Shown here piece by piece: positions 61,059 through 64,000 of a DNA stretch of 64,000 nt (its first letter is position 1; every line of letters starts with the position of its first letter). The stretch is taken from assembly GCA_964518475.1 (NCBI GenBank), contig CAZFGR010000007.1, forward strand, positions 12,350 through 76,349, written 5' to 3'. Source of the DNA: an uncultured Nitrososphaerota archaeon (GTDB lineage Archaea; Asgardarchaeota; Njordarchaeia; Njordarchaeales; Njordarchaeaceae). A program made the translations under genes and the position numbers. The notes below the pieces were generated by a model. That model was not told where the DNA came from and searched no databases. It worked only from the letters and a program-made list of their open reading frames with translations.

Positions 61059-61760
61059 TCCCTTTTCCTCTAATACATCTTTGAATTTGTCAATGAATTC
61101 TTTGTAAATATTATCAGGGAACCACCTCAAGACATTAACAATTGCTTCATTGCTTGAATTTCTTATTTTCTCCTTAAATTCCTCGCTCAGAATCGTTCCT
61201 TTGTGTCTTTTTATTAAGGAGGTTCTTATATCTTCTGGCAGAACTGATAGGAATTCTTCAAATTTTTCTAATTCAATATCTAAAATTATTTTTGAGAACT
61301 CTAGGCTCATTAAGTATGGTTTAATCGGGCTTAAGAGACTGCTTCTGTTGGGAGGAGAAACGTTATAGATCATTTTTAGAATCTCATCAAGTGTCATTTT
61401 ACGAATTCGCTGCTCTAAGTGTGTTCGGAACCTCCTATTAAACTCTTTCCGTAAGTGCACAGGCAGCATCTCAAATATTTTTGCCACCGATCCAGCACTT
61501 ACCTCAGAGAGCTTCTCAGCTATCACATCCTCGTGTGCAGATATAAAATCCACGAACAGTTTTTCGGGCAATGCCAAGATAAGACTTAATAATGCATCTC
61601 CATTCGTCGACTTTAGTTTTGTCTTAAATTCTTCTCCAAGAAGATAATCCCTATACTGCTGGATGACGCTTTCTTTATCTTTCTCACTCATTTTTTCAAG
61701 AAACCCCGTGAGTTCGTTAATAGTTAAGGATTTTATATCAATGCTCACTAACTTCACCAC
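61044..61760 (-). CDS. Helical tandem-repeat protein (MgtE-N-like ~36-aa repeats)
   Basis: Six helix-LP-helix units with an internal duplication 'LGEEFKTKLKS' / 'LSEEFKEKIRN'. Confidence 0.6.
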   Translation of the reverse strand: MVKLVSIDIKSLTINELTGFLEKMSEKDKESVIQQYRDYLLGEEFKTKLKSTNGDALLSLILALPEKLFVDFISAHEDVIAEKLSEVSAGSVAKIFEMLPVHLRKEFNRRFRTHLEQRIRKMTLDEILKMIYNVSPPNRSSLLSPIKPYLMSLEFSKIILDIELEKFEEFLSVLPEDIRTSLIKRHKGTILSEEFKEKIRNSSNEAIVNVLRWFPDNIYKEFIDKFKDVLEEKGLKLA

Positions 61761-61868
61761 CTAGATATGTATGTAAGAATAATTCGTGGATCATATAATA
61801 AAAAACCTGACTCTTTCAACATTATTTACTAACTTAACAGCTCTGGAGCATTAAAGGAATATGCGGAG

Positions 61869-62624
61869 ATGTTCTTAATGCCTAAGTTAGAATTAGTAAA
61901 CCTTCGTGCCGGAACTGATTCAAAAGAGATCCTTCGCGGGATCAATTTAACAATCAATAATGGTCAAACCATTCTGTTGATGGGGCCAAACGGTTCTGGA
62001 AAATCTACTTTAGCTCAAGTAATCATTGGTAATCCGAGATACAAGATTCTTTCTGGAAAAATATTGTTCAATAACCGAGATATAACGAACTTACCGATGG
62101 AGACACGAGTAAAAATGGGTATCTCCATATCGTTTCAAATACCTCCAAAGTTAAAAGGTATAAAGCTACGTGATTTAGCCTTGGAAATTATGAGGAGGAG
62201 AGGTATTGAGAACCCTCTGGAGAAGCTTAAGAAATACGCTGAGTTATTGCGTCTGGAAGATTTCCTCGAACGAGATCTAAACGTCGGATTTAGTGGTGGG
62301 GAAATGAAGAGAGCCGAACTCTTCCTAGTACTACTTCAGAATCCCGCATTCGTGATATTAGATGAAATAGATTCTGGTGTGGATGTTGAAAGTGTAGGGA
62401 TATTGGGGAAAGCCATAAGAAGTGAACTCCAGAAAAATGGCCGGTCGCTTATTATTATTTCTCACACAGGGATAATTGCAAAGCACGTGCACGTTGATGT
62501 TGCCTACATTATGTTACGGGGTAAAATCACTTGCTACGGCCCACCAACAATTGTTCTTAATCATGTTCTCGAACACGGTTTCGCACGATGTGAAAAATGT
62601 GAGGGAATTTGCTATGTCGATTGA
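61869..62624 (+). CDS. sufC: Fe-S assembly ATPase SufC (SmsC-type)
   Basis: GPNGSGKST, NVGFSGGEMKR and LDEIDSGVD motifs, with C-terminal cysteines. Confidence 0.92.
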   Translation: MFLMPKLELVNLRAGTDSKEILRGINLTINNGQTILLMGPNGSGKSTLAQVIIGNPRYKILSGKILFNNRDITNLPMETRVKMGISISFQIPPKLKGIKLRDLALEIMRRRGIENPLEKLKKYAELLRLEDFLERDLNVGFSGGEMKRAELFLVLLQNPAFVILDEIDSGVDVESVGILGKAIRSELQKNGRSLIIISHTGIIAKHVHVDVAYIMLRGKITCYGPPTIVLNHVLEHGFARCEKCEGICYVD

Positions 62625-63837
62625 TTCTCTAAGAGCGGAATACAAAGAGAAAGCAAAAACTTATCTAAATAAGCATGCTTCGCAGGCAGATATTGACCTA
62701 TTATCCATTATTAAGCTCAATAAACTCCTCAGCGAGAAAAAATCAATTAGTTTAGAGGAGTACTCAGACCTCTTGGAGAAAGTCGGTATTGATGTCACTG
62801 GTCGAAATAGAGCAGGCACTTATTACCAAGTAGACACAGCTGTTCTTGAATACTACTCAAAAATCCCTGGGATAGAGATTCTGTCACTCGAGGATGCTTT
62901 AGATGAGTATGGAAGAGAGTTCCTAGAATATTATTGGAGAGCTCTGCGAGTAGATAAAGATATTTACACCGCCCTTGCAGAACTTTATGGAAAAGGAGGC
63001 TATGTAATAATTGTTAAGGAAGGTTATAAGATTAAACAGCCGATCCAATCATGCTTGTTAATAACATCAAACAATGTCTTACAAGCCCCTCACAATATCA
63101 TAATTCTAGAGCCTAACTCCGAGGCTCACGTAGTCACAGGATGCGCTATAATGAGAGAAGTTATAGCCTTACATGCAGGAATCAGCGAATTCTATGTGGG
63201 AGAAAACGCTAAGCTCTCATATATCATGATACATGGATGGGGAGAAAACATGTATGTGAGACCACGAACGGGAGTAATCGTAGAGAAGGGAGGAGAATTC
63301 GTCTCTAATTATATCAACATGACTCCCGTTAAATCCTTACAATCATACCCCACAGTCAGGTTAGTAGGTGAAAAAGCTAAAGCTTATTTCTCATCAATCA
63401 TCGTAACATCAAAATCATCTCACATAGATCTGGGGAACGAAATAATTTTCGAAGCTCCCGACACTGCTGGAGAAATCATTTCTAGAGTTGTAGCAAAGGA
63501 TAACGCCATTGGAGTAACCCGAGGAAGATTACTTGGTAAGGCTCCAGGCGTAAAAGGTCACCTAGAATGCATGGGACTATTGTTATCGAATAATGCTAAA
63601 ATAGTTACAATACCCGAGCTCGAAGCTGCCCACTCCGATGTAGAGCTCACACACGAGGCTTCAATAGGAAAAATTGCTGAAGATGAGATATTATACCTCA
63701 TGGCTCGAGGATTTACAAGAGAAGAAGCTGAATCATTCTTAGTACGCGGATTCATGAGTGTTGAGATAAAAGGAATACCAGAAAGCTTGAAGAAAGTAAT
63801 TCAGGCAACAATTGATAAAATGGCCAAAGCTTTATAA
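62614..63837 (+). CDS. sufB: Fe-S assembly scaffold SufB/SufD (SmsB-type)
   Basis: HAGISEFYV, GHLECMGL, IPELEA, THEASIGKI and YLMARG motifs. ATG at 62614. Confidence 0.92.
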   Translation: MSIDSLRAEYKEKAKTYLNKHASQADIDLLSIIKLNKLLSEKKSISLEEYSDLLEKVGIDVTGRNRAGTYYQVDTAVLEYYSKIPGIEILSLEDALDEYGREFLEYYWRALRVDKDIYTALAELYGKGGYVIIVKEGYKIKQPIQSCLLITSNNVLQAPHNIIILEPNSEAHVVTGCAIMREVIALHAGISEFYVGENAKLSYIMIHGWGENMYVRPRTGVIVEKGGEFVSNYINMTPVKSLQSYPTVRLVGEKAKAYFSSIIVTSKSSHIDLGNEIIFEAPDTAGEIISRVVAKDNAIGVTRGRLLGKAPGVKGHLECMGLLLSNNAKIVTIPELEAAHSDVELTHEASIGKIAEDEILYLMARGFTREEAESFLVRGFMSVEIKGIPESLKKVIQATIDKMAKAL

Positions 63838-63919
63838 AGCACCAGCATAAACAACTTAGTGAAGAATTAAAAAAGATTATACAATTAAAAGTTAGAAACT
63901 TGACTTAACTTTCCTAATT

Positions 63920-64000
63920 CTAATCAATTATAAACCTGTCCAACTGGCTTTGTTTCAAATTTATCTTTTTGCCCCTTGTCCCGTCTAGCCTTCTAAGCCT
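63920..64000 (-). CDS. 3' end of a gene entering from the right, with a PIP-like tail
   Basis: Frame reads RLRRLDGTRGKKINLKQSQLDRFIID*. Confidence 0.4.
   Translation of the reverse strand, partial: RLRRLDGTRGKKINLKQSQLDRFIID

Noticed and set aside
1-64000. CRISPR array, rRNA/tRNA genes, transposases, integrases, inteins
   Set aside because: No regularly spaced repeats, cloverleafs or recombinase motifs were seen, and NrdD and the helicases have normal lengths without intein motifs.

Overview
This is a gene-dense, AT-rich archaeal chromosomal segment with GGTGA/GGAGG ribosome-binding sites and many TTG/GTG starts. The archaeal markers are form III RuBisCO, EgsA, a GPN GTPase, short PurA and an RPA. 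Roadblock, longin/uDENN-like, DENN-like and Rab-like GTPase genes suggest an Asgard archaeon, possibly a thermophilic Njordarchaeia-like lineage (inference). Most genes are housekeeping: nucleotide metabolism, two XPB helicases, NrdD/NrdG, ThiC, SufC/SufB, an ECF transporter and ADP-forming acyl-CoA synthetase. I found no tRNA, rRNA, CRISPR array or transposase. Highlights: (1) an integrin-alpha-like FG-GAP propeller/Ig surface protein translationally coupled to a TM-wHTH-longin protein, with a standalone longin upstream; (2) a DENN-like gene paired with an NPRL2-like wHTH-roadblock fusion; (3) an orphan PglZ-domain protein without BREX genes; (4) up to seven unannotated K-turn small RNAs in intergenic gaps, including two canonical C/D guides, one C/D RNA antisense to the 16S anti-Shine-Dalgarno tail, a possibly permuted C/D RNA antisense to initiator tRNA and an H/ACA candidate; (5) a PIP-box microprotein and several apparent pseudo-enzymes. 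All domain calls come from visual motif recognition; no searches were run.
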